DNA of 64,000 nucleotides from an uncultured Rhodospirillales bacterium (GTDB lineage Bacteria; Pseudomonadota; Alphaproteobacteria; Azospirillales; Azospirillaceae): NCBI GenBank assembly GCA_903920145.1, contig CAIXKV010000069.1, positions 5,509 to 69,508 of the forward strand, read 5' to 3'. Shown piece by piece: positions 55,047 to 64,000 of this stretch (position 1 is its first letter; each line of letters starts with the position of its first letter). The notes under the pieces were generated by a model. It saw only the letters and a program-made list of their open reading frames with translations, ran no database searches and was not told where the DNA came from. The position numbers and the translations under genes were made by a program.

Positions 55047-55604
55047 CTAGGGCGCATTCACCACGGCCTCAATGCTCTGCCGGGTCGGCCCGCTGTCCCA
55101 ATTGGTGCCTCCCAACATCCGTCCAACTTCTCGCCCCGCGCGGTCAATCAGAATGCTGGTCGGTAAACCTTGGCCCTTGAGGGCTCCCAAGGCGGTGCCA
55201 GGCGTATCCAGATAGGGCGCAAGAGCCTGAATCTGCCTTTGTGCGAAAAAGGGTAGAACTGTTGCTGCGCCACCGCGATCTTCAGATAAGGCAACAACTT
55301 GAAATTTATACCCCCCCAAAGAGGCTTGCAAACGATCAAGGGACGGCAACTCACGAACGCATGGACCGCACCATGTCGCCCAAACATTGAGTAAAACCAC
55401 CCGACCCGCAAAATCGCCCAGCGTCATCGGTCGGCCTTGCCCGTCGACGAAATGAAGCGGCGGAAGCGGCGTCGGTGTCGTCAGAACCAAATGGCCCAAG
55501 GGCGATGAGCTGAGTTGAGACCGTTGAAGACTCATCACCACCAGCGTCGCTCCAAAACACAAGGCGGCCCCGACAGCAATCCATCGTCTGACATTGGTGA
55601 GCAT
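55047..55604 (-). CDS. membrane-anchored TlpA-like thioredoxin-fold thiol:disulfide oxidoreductase
   Basis: N-terminal anchor, WATWCGPC active site, and redoxin-like length. Confidence 0.8.
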   Translation of the reverse strand: MLTNVRRWIAVGAALCFGATLVVMSLQRSQLSSSPLGHLVLTTPTPLPPLHFVDGQGRPMTLGDFAGRVVLLNVWATWCGPCVRELPSLDRLQASLGGYKFQVVALSEDRGGAATVLPFFAQRQIQALAPYLDTPGTALGALKGQGLPTSILIDRAGREVGRMLGGTNWDSGPTRQSIEAVVNAP

Positions 55605-55692
55605 AATGATAATGACCCATAAGACGATAAAGAGGCGCCCGTCCGGCGTCTGAAGGCCAGCCTTAATGAGTCAACATCAAGGCTGGCTGGCA

Positions 55693-57510
55693 TTAAACCG
55701 TATTAAATTGCAACGCGGCTAATCGGGCATAGAGCCCATCTTCCCGGATCAGATCGGCATGAGGTCCGCAGGCGACCACTCGTCCCTGATCCATCACGAC
55801 AATCCGATCGGCATTCAAGACGGTGGCTAGACGGTGTGCAATGATCAAGGTGGTGCGGTGTTTTTTCAGGTCATCGAGGGCCTGTTGCACCGACCGCTCA
55901 CTTTCGGCATCAAGCGCGCTGGTGGCTTCGTCCAGCAGCAAAACCGATGGGTTGCGTAAGATAGCGCGGGCAATGGCGATCCGCTGACGCTGGCCGCCCG
56001 ACAGGCGCACGCCCTTCTCGCCCAGATAGGTCTCCAATCCTTGGGGCAGACGCTCCAGGAACTCCAGAGCATGGGCGGCCTCGGCGGCGGCTCGCACTTC
56101 GGCATCGCTGGCCTCGGGGCGACCGTAACGGATATTCTCCCAGGCATTGCCCGAGAAGATCACAGCATCCTGGGGGACCAATCCCAGCCGCATCCGAACG
56201 TCGGCGGGGTCTGCGGTTCGGATATCGACCCCGTCCAGTCGCACCGCTCCGCTCTGGGGGTCGTAGAAGCGAAGCAACATCTGGAACACCGTGGTTTTGC
56301 CGGCGCCGCTGGGGCCGACCAAAGCCACGGTTTCTCCCGGTTGGACCTTCAACGAAAAAGCGTCAAGGGCGGCATGCTCGGGACGGGCCGGGTAGTGGAA
56401 TGTCACGCCATCGAACTGGACCCGACCGGCGGCAGGAACGGGCAGCGCCACGGGATGAGCCGGGGGCAAAATCGCGGGTTCGGTGGTCAGCAACTCGAAT
56501 AACCGCTCGGTTGCTCCGGCGGCGCGTTGAAGATCGCCGTAGACTTCACTGATGGATCCCGCCGCTCCCGCCACCAATGCGGCATAGATAACAAAGGCTG
56601 ACAATTCGCCGCCCGTGATCCGCCCCGCCACCACATCATGACCGCCCATCCACAGTACAATGCCGATGGCGCCGAACATCAATACGATCACGGTCATCGC
56701 TGTAACCGAGCGAATACGGACGCGTCGCATGGCCGTTGAAAAGGCGTCTTCCACCCGTTCGCCAAAGCGGCGGCGATCGATGGCCTCGTGACCAAAAGCC
56801 TGAACCACCCGGATTCCCGACAGGGTTTCCTCCAGATGCGAGCCGACATCGCCCACCCGTTCTTGGGACAGGCGCGCCAGCCGTCGCTCCCAACGCCCCA
56901 GAATGATGATTGGAACCACAACCAAAGGGATCGCCAAAAACACGAGGCCGGTGAGTTTGGCACTGGTGATCACCAGCATCACCGTTCCGCCGATCAGCAC
57001 CAGCCCGTTCCGTAAGGCGATGGACACCGACGAGCCGATTACCACCTGAAGCAAGGTGGTATCGGTGGTGAGGACCGAAAGGATATCCCCGGTGCGAGTG
57101 TGTTCAAAGTAACCGGGACTGAGCCGTAACACATGCTGATAGGCGGCTTGGCGCAGATCTGCCACCACCCGCTCACCGACCCATGAGACCAGGAAAAAGC
57201 GCCCAAACGCCGCCGCCCCCAGCAACAATGTTACCACCAGTAACACAAGCAACATTTGGTCCAACATTCCGGGGTCATTGGCGGCAAAGCCCCGATCGAT
57301 CAACAGCCGCAAGCCCTGTCCCATAGCCAGCATGGTCATGGCGGCAACGCTCAAGGACAGCACCGCCCCGGCAATCTGCCACCCGTAGGGCCGCAAATAG
57401 GGCGCCAACTGTCGCAAGGGCCGCAAATCGCGTCGCCGCACGGCGTCGGCGGCAGCCGCCGCCGCCGCTGGCTTCAGCGTCGATTCAGCGTAAGACGGCT
57501 TGCGAAACAT
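55693..57510 (-). CDS. ABCB-type half-transporter exporter (MsbA/Atm1-like, fused TMD-NBD)
   Basis: Six-TM N-terminal half, Walker A GPSGAGKTT, LSGGQRQRIAIARA, and LLLDEATSALD. Confidence 0.9.
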   Translation of the reverse strand: MFRKPSYAESTLKPAAAAAAADAVRRRDLRPLRQLAPYLRPYGWQIAGAVLSLSVAAMTMLAMGQGLRLLIDRGFAANDPGMLDQMLLVLLVVTLLLGAAAFGRFFLVSWVGERVVADLRQAAYQHVLRLSPGYFEHTRTGDILSVLTTDTTLLQVVIGSSVSIALRNGLVLIGGTVMLVITSAKLTGLVFLAIPLVVVPIIILGRWERRLARLSQERVGDVGSHLEETLSGIRVVQAFGHEAIDRRRFGERVEDAFSTAMRRVRIRSVTAMTVIVLMFGAIGIVLWMGGHDVVAGRITGGELSAFVIYAALVAGAAGSISEVYGDLQRAAGATERLFELLTTEPAILPPAHPVALPVPAAGRVQFDGVTFHYPARPEHAALDAFSLKVQPGETVALVGPSGAGKTTVFQMLLRFYDPQSGAVRLDGVDIRTADPADVRMRLGLVPQDAVIFSGNAWENIRYGRPEASDAEVRAAAEAAHALEFLERLPQGLETYLGEKGVRLSGGQRQRIAIARAILRNPSVLLLDEATSALDAESERSVQQALDDLKKHRTTLIIAHRLATVLNADRIVVMDQGRVVACGPHADLIREDGLYARLAALQFNTV

Positions 57511-57569
57511 CAGACCTCCAGAGGCATGAATGAACGGGCATCAGTGAAGAGCGGTCTCGAACCCCTCTG

Positions 57570-60500
57570 TTACCGAACGCTCTGATCCAATCGAGGCGCC
57601 GTGAACGGGAAGATCGGTAATGGCAACGCCCGTTTGGTCTTGCCATCGGCGCTTGCGGCCAACGCCGAAACCCGCACAAAGACGTTGGTTTGCCCGGTTA
57701 ACTGGGATTGATTGGGCTCTGGCGCGTCCGTCACCGGCACATTCCCGGTGCTGGCGCTGAATTTCAAGGTCTGGGGTTGACGATCGATCAAGCCGGGCAA
57801 ATCGACAGAGGGCGCCCGGTTGTTCTGGAGTAGCCGGATCAAGCCCCACTGGCCAGCATACGAGACCACCAAGGCTCGATCTGCGTTGATGGTGCCATTT
57901 TTCCCGGCAGCACCAAGAGCGGCGATGGGAGCCACCGGAGCATCTTTGGCCCACCGAAGTTTGATCGTTACAGGCTCGCCTGGGCGCCATCGGGCGGTTT
58001 TAGCATCATCCCCGCGTGACACTTGTTGATCCCCTAGCCCCAAGCTCCATTCAATGATCTGATTGCCGCCGGTCTCGCGGTCGCGATTGACCCGGAACTC
58101 GGCTTCAACCTCAAACGCACTGGGCGGAGTGGCGGCGGCAGGAATCAGGGGGGCCATGAAGCTGCGGACCTGGGCCAAACGGTCGAGGAACTGCAAGGCT
58201 GCCGCCTCTTGACTGCCGGGGATGGGTGTGCCCAATCCCCGGCGAACGGCGGCCTCAAAGTCCGGGCTAAACCGCTCGAGGAAGGCCCCCACGGCGTCGG
58301 GGCTGGCTTCGGGCGTGTCAGCGGCGGTACCGTCAGCAAAGGGATAGCGTCCGGCCAACGTGCTGTTGAAATCCGTGGCGAGGCGAGTGAAGTCGACCTT
58401 AATCGCGTCGCCAGCAATGCGATGACACTGAGTCAGGGCATAGCGACGCACGATTTGCAGTCGCTGAGAAAAGAAATCGACGCCCGCCGCTGTGGCCGCC
58501 GCGTCGCTGCTGTCAGGGCAAACACCGGGCTTGACTGCTGCCAAGTCGACGCGGATGAACCGTTCCAACCCGGCCAAGCTGCTGGCTGGGTTGCTGGCTT
58601 TGTACCGCCCGAGGTCTTCGATAATGCGCAACCAGCGGACCACCCGCGAGTTCCGTCGCAAGGGGGCCGGGACCGCGTCTCCTTGAAGGGCCCCGACAAC
58701 AGGTTGAGCGACCTCTGTGGCCAACCAGTCAATGCGGGCGGCGCTGGTCTTCAGATATTGATCAAGCTCACCATCACTGAGAACCTGATATCCTTCAAAA
58801 TTCATGGGCAGGGTGCCATCCCAGCTTCGGAACTGGTCCACGGGCAGCCAAACGCCGCTGGCTTCAACCAAGCCATCGATCTGTTCGAGCATCGCCAGGG
58901 CGTGTTGGCCAATAATGCCCGAAACAGTGCTGTAAGCTTGATCGAACCCGCGTTTTTGGAGCGCCTCCAGCACTTTGCCCAACGGAACCGCAGCCCGGCC
59001 AAACTGCTTGGCCTCGCGCAACAGGGCATCCTCTTCGCCAAACTGGCGGAAGTCGTCGCCGCGCCGCTCGAGCACTTCGGCGTCGGCCACGGCACTCAGC
59101 ATGGCTCCCTGAAGCGACTGGGTGGCCACGGCCATGATCATCGGGCGGAGCGTCTCCGGGACATGAGCCAGCGGACCCGCTTCCATCTCCTTGAAACTGT
59201 TTTCATAGGCCAACGCCCGCTCCAGCGGCTCAGGCGCCCACATCACTAGGTTGGTTCTCGGGAATGGCTCTGCCGGTTGGCGGGCCGGGTTTGACAAGAA
59301 GTCATAGGCCAACAGCGGCGGCAAGGCTTGAGACAAGGCTTCCAGTGTGGGGGCCAGCTGCAACCGACCATCCGCCTGGGAATCGGCCACCAGCAGCGGT
59401 CCAACCTCGGGCACGGTGACCGCCAACAAAGCGGCGCGCAAAGCCGACACTTTGCCGGTCAAGAGGGTCTGCATAGCGTTGGCGGCAGCCTCTCCCAACA
59501 ACGGGTTGCGGCGGACGCTGTCCAATTGCCGGGTCCAATAGGAATCTTGTTCTGGATGAAGAACAAAGCGCCAAGCCAGATTGGACGCTTCAAGGGTCTG
59601 CTTGATCTGTTGCAGCTTTAGCGCCAGCGTTTTGAGCTGGCCAGCGGCGGCCAGCGGCGGGGCAAAACGCGCTTCGGCGGTGTGCAAAACCGCCAAAGAT
59701 AAGTCTTGGACTTGCCGGACCAATAGGCCATCGGATTCAATGGTTTGCGACGCCGCGCGGACCATGCGGTCAAGGGTGGCATTGGCGGGGGCCACCCGTG
59801 TCTCCATATCGAATCGCTCGACCGTCACGCGCGCCATAACATCGGCGTAGAGCTTTAAATCCTCGTGTAAAACTTCGCCGATATTGACGTGAATCAAGGT
59901 TTGAACCAGCCATGTCAACTCATCGGCATTCAACCGATTGCCCCGATTATAAAGCACCGCCAGCCGGGCTAGCTTGTCAAACGCGGCAATCATCGAGTCC
60001 AAAGCATCAAACGCCGCCGATTGGTTATCGGCAGACAGCACCGGGGGATCGCGTGCCAACAAGGCGTTCATTCGAGCCGTCAATTCCCGGGTTACCGGCT
60101 TGAACACCACCAGTTCGAAGCCGTTGGCCAGGGCGTTTTCGACCTTGCTGTCCAGAGCACTGAGCCAGGATGCGGGCATGAAGGGTTGGGTCAAGCTGTG
60201 TTGACTGATGGTGCGGTAGGCTTCCAGCACCGGCCCGCCCAGTCGGATTGGCACCTGCTCGGAGGTTTCGTAAAAGGCGATCCGATGAGTCAGGGGAATG
60301 ACCTTTTGCGCCGAGGCCTGAAGCGTCCGATAGGATGACCACAGCCCCCCCACCAGGACAAAAGCCACGACCACCAGCCCAACCCAACGCAGGCGCGAAG
60401 CCCGCCCCCGCGCCACCCACTCGCGCCGGGCCGGTTGAATCATCCGGGTTTCACGGAACACCTTTTCCGCAAACAGATCGGTGACAAACAGAGGGTGCGG

Positions 60501-61580
60501 CGCTGCCTGATCAATTACAACTTCGGTGCTGCCCGGTCGAGCCGTCAGCGGGGCCGCCACCATCTTTTGGGGTTCGCCCACCGCCGGAGCGTCCCCGGTA
60601 AAGTGGATGCCGCGAAAGAAATGCGGATCCTGGTACACGTCCACATGGAACAGCCGATCAACGAAACGGCCTAGCGGTTCGGCTAGTTTTTGAAACTCGG
60701 CAGGAAACAGGAAGGCCAGATCAGCAATACCGTCCCCATGCACCGCCTGCCCCAACAGAATACGATGCAGACTCCGCCCGATTTCGTCAAAAGCGCGGGC
60801 GATCAGGTGCGGACCATAACTGGTTTCGGGCGTTTCGTCATTGGACCAGCCGAACATCTGGTGCCCATAGTCTGCCACCAAAGGCCGCCAGAACACCGAA
60901 AAGCCCGTGACCAGATCGCACTTTGTCACCAGCACATACACGGGCACCCGAAGCCCAAGATATTGCTGCAACTCCCGCAAATGTTCGCGCAGGGTGCCGG
61001 CTCGTTCGATCAACGCCGCCGGGTCCGGCCCCAGCAGCTCGGCACACGAAACCGTAATGACCACGCCATCGATGCCGCGCTCGCGCCGATAGCGCAGCAA
61101 CAAATTCATCAGCCGCCGCCACCCGGCGGTGTTTCGCTCGTGACCGTTCTTCCCCCACAGCACCGCCTCGGCAGGCTCCAAGAGCAAGCCGGGTTCGAAC
61201 ATATGCCAAGTACAGCCATACTCGGCTTGGTGGGCATCGAAAGGCGAGGTGAAAGGCCGGTGCAGGTTGATGGCGGTGGCCAGGGTGCTACGTCCCGAAC
61301 GCCCCCCGCCCAACAGCAGAACCCACGGCACGGCATAGCGCCAGCCCGGCCCGCGTGACACCGTGCGAAGCCGCCCCATCGCGCTGGCAAAACTAGCCGC
61401 CAAAGCCCGCCATTCTGGGGCCCGCATGGAGGCAACCAAGGCCGACACGCCCAGGGGGGAGGATCCCTCGCGCCCAGCCGCCCGGCCCAGCCGCCAAGCC
61501 ATTACCAGCAGGACCAGGGCGACCAGCACCACGGCGATGCCGGCCAGGACCGGCCAAAAAAGCGTGTCGTCGCCGGCCAT
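57570..61580 (-). CDS. tssM: type VI secretion membrane-complex protein TssM (IcmF family)
   Basis: Two N-terminal TM helices, the P-loop region PWVLLLGGGRSGRSTLA, a third TM, and a very long periplasmic domain. Follows tssL. The internal MAGDD start at 61580 is preferred because the ORF-track start at 61664 overlaps tssL by 73 nt. Confidence 0.85.
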   Translation of the reverse strand: MAGDDTLFWPVLAGIAVVLVALVLLVMAWRLGRAAGREGSSPLGVSALVASMRAPEWRALAASFASAMGRLRTVSRGPGWRYAVPWVLLLGGGRSGRSTLATAINLHRPFTSPFDAHQAEYGCTWHMFEPGLLLEPAEAVLWGKNGHERNTAGWRRLMNLLLRYRRERGIDGVVITVSCAELLGPDPAALIERAGTLREHLRELQQYLGLRVPVYVLVTKCDLVTGFSVFWRPLVADYGHQMFGWSNDETPETSYGPHLIARAFDEIGRSLHRILLGQAVHGDGIADLAFLFPAEFQKLAEPLGRFVDRLFHVDVYQDPHFFRGIHFTGDAPAVGEPQKMVAAPLTARPGSTEVVIDQAAPHPLFVTDLFAEKVFRETRMIQPARREWVARGRASRLRWVGLVVVAFVLVGGLWSSYRTLQASAQKVIPLTHRIAFYETSEQVPIRLGGPVLEAYRTISQHSLTQPFMPASWLSALDSKVENALANGFELVVFKPVTRELTARMNALLARDPPVLSADNQSAAFDALDSMIAAFDKLARLAVLYNRGNRLNADELTWLVQTLIHVNIGEVLHEDLKLYADVMARVTVERFDMETRVAPANATLDRMVRAASQTIESDGLLVRQVQDLSLAVLHTAEARFAPPLAAAGQLKTLALKLQQIKQTLEASNLAWRFVLHPEQDSYWTRQLDSVRRNPLLGEAAANAMQTLLTGKVSALRAALLAVTVPEVGPLLVADSQADGRLQLAPTLEALSQALPPLLAYDFLSNPARQPAEPFPRTNLVMWAPEPLERALAYENSFKEMEAGPLAHVPETLRPMIMAVATQSLQGAMLSAVADAEVLERRGDDFRQFGEEDALLREAKQFGRAAVPLGKVLEALQKRGFDQAYSTVSGIIGQHALAMLEQIDGLVEASGVWLPVDQFRSWDGTLPMNFEGYQVLSDGELDQYLKTSAARIDWLATEVAQPVVGALQGDAVPAPLRRNSRVVRWLRIIEDLGRYKASNPASSLAGLERFIRVDLAAVKPGVCPDSSDAAATAAGVDFFSQRLQIVRRYALTQCHRIAGDAIKVDFTRLATDFNSTLAGRYPFADGTAADTPEASPDAVGAFLERFSPDFEAAVRRGLGTPIPGSQEAAALQFLDRLAQVRSFMAPLIPAAATPPSAFEVEAEFRVNRDRETGGNQIIEWSLGLGDQQVSRGDDAKTARWRPGEPVTIKLRWAKDAPVAPIAALGAAGKNGTINADRALVVSYAGQWGLIRLLQNNRAPSVDLPGLIDRQPQTLKFSASTGNVPVTDAPEPNQSQLTGQTNVFVRVSALAASADGKTKRALPLPIFPFTAPRLDQSVR

Positions 61581-61591
61581 CGCGTCCGCCT

Positions 61592-62419
61592 TCAAAGATG
61601 CGCTGGGATGGGGCGCTCGATCTCGGTGATCGTGCGCTCGAGATCGGCAATGGCGACGCGCCACAGCCCATAGCTGCTAACCAGGAAGAGAATGGTTATG
61701 GCCGCTGCCGTCATCAGCCATGGCCTGAGTCCGGGCAAACGCAACGACCGCCCCTCGACGACCGTGGAGTCGTAGGCTTGAGCGAACAGACGCGGCCCGG
61801 TTTCGCCGGCATCGGGTATAGCGCGGGTGATGATGCGGGCTAAGGCCGCCCGGTAGTGGCGTAACTGTCCTTGGTCTTCGTCGCGCCAATAGCGCCCGCG
61901 AAAGCCGAGCGCCAGGGCAATTAAATAGAGGGTGGCCAGACTGGGGTGGGCGCGGGCCGGGTCAGCCAACAAGGCATCAAGCCGCTCGAACACCCGCTCC
62001 CCAGCCAGACTGGTCCCGAACAAGGCGGTTTCCAGCAAACGATGCCGCCAACTTTCACGACCGCCCCATTCGACCCGTAACAGCAATGTTTCATCGGCCA
62101 AGGCAGCCATGACATATTCGGCTTCGGCGTAAAGGGCTTGGCCGTAGGCGCCACCCCATTGCCGGGCGCGGGCCGCTTGACGTTCCAACAGCAACCGCAG
62201 ATGTCGATGCATGGCTTCCGAAACATCGGCCACGTCGAGCCCCTCGGCCCGGCCGACCCGACGTCCGCCCACATCCAATGCCGACTTGATGCGCAGCAAC
62301 TCGGTGTAAAATTCACCGAATTGGGCTAACAGCGGGTCGCCGCCATGGGCGGCCACGGCCAAGGCGGCGGCTGCCGTCGTCGGTCTGGAAGACAGGGGGC
62401 GCGAAACCGGCGGGCTCAC
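61592..62419 (-). CDS. tssL: type VI secretion protein TssL (DotU family)
   Basis: DotU-like YVMAALADETLLL...W...LLETALFGT..AGERVFERLD and a C-terminal TM LMTAAAITILFLVSSYGLW. Its start overlaps the tssK stop. Confidence 0.75.
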   Translation of the reverse strand: MSPPVSRPLSSRPTTAAAALAVAAHGGDPLLAQFGEFYTELLRIKSALDVGGRRVGRAEGLDVADVSEAMHRHLRLLLERQAARARQWGGAYGQALYAEAEYVMAALADETLLLRVEWGGRESWRHRLLETALFGTSLAGERVFERLDALLADPARAHPSLATLYLIALALGFRGRYWRDEDQGQLRHYRAALARIITRAIPDAGETGPRLFAQAYDSTVVEGRSLRLPGLRPWLMTAAAITILFLVSSYGLWRVAIADLERTITEIERPIPAHL

Positions 62420-63801
62420 GGGGGCGATCCTGCGCGTCCGGTTGGTGAGGCGATATAGAGGGTGATTTCAGCAGGACGAGCAACCCCCGAACGCGGAACG
62501 GGGCCGATGATTTCCAAAGAACGATCGCGGTCAACCTCGGGGAACCCATAGAGGACGCGGTAAAGCAGCATCCCCCGATCTGGCAGGACACCAAGCCGAT
62601 CGTCACGTTCCACCCGGCTGCGAGGAAACCCCCGCAAGCGACGCAAGCGCAGCGTTTCGATGTGGCTGGTCGGCGTAATAACGCTTTCCTGCATCCAGGC
62701 ATGAACCTCGGCTTCGGATTGACCGGGTGCCAGACGAACGCCGATCAGCAGAGCTTGGCCGCTGCTCCGGGCTTTCTCATCCAACCATTCCGGCTGGAGC
62801 ATCAACCGGAAGCCTTCATCATGGCTAGTAAAGCGGATCGCCATGCTGGTTTCGGCCATGGTATCGATCATGCGCTCGATGAATTCGAGCACAGGCCGCG
62901 CCGACCCCAAAATATCGCGGTGATCGTAAGCCTCGAACAGGGGGGGCAGCAATCCGGGCCCCAGCGCCGCCACTTCGCCGGCAATGCTGGCTAAGGCCAG
63001 ATACAGGTCAAAGGGATGGACGGTCCCCACCCCAAGCATGGCTTCCAGTTGGGGCAAGCCCGCAACCAGGCATTGTACGGCGTGGCGCGTCTCGGCCAAG
63101 ACCGGCGCTTGCACGGCGCCTTCTGGAGCGCGCAGACGGCCCGCCAGAAAGGCTGCTTTTTCGCGCAACCGCTTGCCGATGCCGCGACAGCGTTCGGCGA
63201 GGGGCGAATCGGAGGTTGTGGTTACCATCGGCGGCATATACTCGGCCAACCGGAAGGCTTCGGCACTATGAACGACTCGCGCTAACGGGATCGACACATA
63301 TTTGCCGGGAATCTCGTCTCCCACCAGCAGCGACAGCCGGGGCCGCAGCCGAGGCATGGTCTGTTCATTATCGCCGGTGTTTTCGTCCACCACGCCGGGA
63401 ACTTCGACGGAGCGATACCGCGCCAATTCGCCACCTGCCGCCGCACCGGGCTTGTAGACCGGAACCACGGCGTGAACCGTCATCGGCCCCTGTTTCAGCC
63501 GGTCAGCATGGGGTTGGAGCGTAATTTGCAGATCTTCTCCGCCCCCCAACGGATGCATCACCACCAATCCATCGGGCAACACGGCTTCCAGAGCCAGGAC
63601 GCGGAACACACCGACCACGAGCATGGCTCGATCGATTTCAATCCGCGTCACGCCGTAAGGAAAAGGGGACAGTCGCGATGTGTGGTAATGCAGCAACGCA
63701 TCCTGGCGCAGCCACCATTGCTGGAAATGCTGGGGCGTCAGAAGCATTCCCTCGTACCACTGGATGGGGTCGGGAAGCGGGGTCATCGGCAGCCGACTCA
63801 T
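62416..63801 (-). CDS. tssK: type VI secretion baseplate protein TssK
   Basis: N-terminal IQWYEGMLLTPQHFQQ signature of TssK, typical length, and position before tssL. Confidence 0.85.
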   Translation of the reverse strand: MSRLPMTPLPDPIQWYEGMLLTPQHFQQWWLRQDALLHYHTSRLSPFPYGVTRIEIDRAMLVVGVFRVLALEAVLPDGLVVMHPLGGGEDLQITLQPHADRLKQGPMTVHAVVPVYKPGAAAGGELARYRSVEVPGVVDENTGDNEQTMPRLRPRLSLLVGDEIPGKYVSIPLARVVHSAEAFRLAEYMPPMVTTTSDSPLAERCRGIGKRLREKAAFLAGRLRAPEGAVQAPVLAETRHAVQCLVAGLPQLEAMLGVGTVHPFDLYLALASIAGEVAALGPGLLPPLFEAYDHRDILGSARPVLEFIERMIDTMAETSMAIRFTSHDEGFRLMLQPEWLDEKARSSGQALLIGVRLAPGQSEAEVHAWMQESVITPTSHIETLRLRRLRGFPRSRVERDDRLGVLPDRGMLLYRVLYGFPEVDRDRSLEIIGPVPRSGVARPAEITLYIASPTGRAGSPP

Positions 63802-63816
63802 GCGGGAATAAAGCCG

Positions 63817-64000
63817 TCAGGAGGGAGGGACCGCGACGGCAAAATCCTTGCCACCGAAGCGGAGAAGAACCGACCGCAGACCGTCAACGCGGGCCCGGTG
63901 CGGCCCCGGACTGGTATAGCTGGCGAACACAAAGGCGGCGATGGCGTCACGACTGTCCCCGGTGATATCGACATGAGCGCCCGGCTGACCGGGTATGACC
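63817..64000 (-). CDS. 3' end of an upstream gene (position suggests TssJ lipoprotein; not verifiable from 60 aa)
   Basis: My translation of the minus strand reads ...VIPGQPGAHVDITGDSRDAIAAFVFASYTSPGPHRARVDGLRSVLLRFGGKDFAVAVPPS* with the stop at 63817-63819. Gene order tssJ-K-L-M is common. The plus-strand ORF 63678..63965 is a shadow. Confidence 0.3.
   Translation of the reverse strand, partial: VIPGQPGAHVDITGDSRDAIAAFVFASYTSPGPHRARVDGLRSVLLRFGGKDFAVAVPPS

Noticed and set aside
58209-59249. 346-aa plus-strand ORF inside tssM, and similar ORFs 60690..61358, 47027..47671, 19689..20318, 20539..21162, 13023..13761 and 29991..30578
   Set aside because: All are antisense to well-supported genes in GC-rich DNA, where stop codons are rare. 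No recognisable domains.

Overview
All product calls come from reading motifs in the supplied translations and from my own translation of unlisted frames; no database search was possible. The window looks like alphaproteobacterial-type DNA: system I cytochrome c maturation genes, a fused cytochrome b/c1 gene, and an alphaproteobacterial-style RepA. It is a compositional patchwork. Hand counts of single 60-nt samples gave 37% GC at 8101-8160, 70% at 13561-13620, 32% at 33481-33540 and 53% at 26401-26460.

Block A (1 to about 12280, AT-richer):
- a minus-strand export operon: parvulin-like PPIase, HlyD-type adaptor, and an ABC exporter carrying two cNMP-binding domains and a C39-like domain. The exporter is missing from the ORF track because it runs off the left edge.
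- a divergent sigma-54 enhancer-binding protein with no sensory domain.
- a small convergent ORF.
- a RepA-like initiator flanked by iteron-like repeats and an AT-rich tract (oriV-like).
- a decayed IS607/IS605 remnant at the right edge.

Block B (12317-22522, GC-rich housekeeping): ccmDEFG, Rieske/fused cyt b-c1 plus a c-type cytochrome, rfbCBD, and prepilin peptidase.

Block C (22979-38644): a co-directional type IV pilus/T2SS-like gene set ending in a strong terminator. It encodes a secretin, a GspE/PilB-type ATPase with an N-terminal FHA domain, a GspF platform protein, three prepilins, a PilX/GspK-like protein, fused PilM-PilN-like and PilO-PilP-like proteins, and a Sel1-SPOR protein. An active-looking Ser/Thr kinase fused to an FGE/SUMF1-like domain sits directly upstream of the FHA-ATPase. 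I consider this the best candidate for an undescribed regulatory or secretion system.

Block D (38679-64000, GC-rich):
- an NDP-sugar pyrophosphorylase plus a 798-aa polytopic membrane protein.
- a pentapeptide-repeat protein.
- an operon of three tandem, overlapping, oversized TolC-family paralogs followed by an ATP-grasp-like gene.
- a divergent FHA-TM protein and a lipoprotein hydrolase.
- a DUF4280 (PAAR-like) gene with an unknown downstream cargo gene.
- GT90-like, TlpA-like and ABCB-type exporter genes.
- the T6SS membrane-complex genes tssJ(?)KLM running to the right edge.

Many long ORFs in the GC-rich parts are antisense shadows and were rejected.
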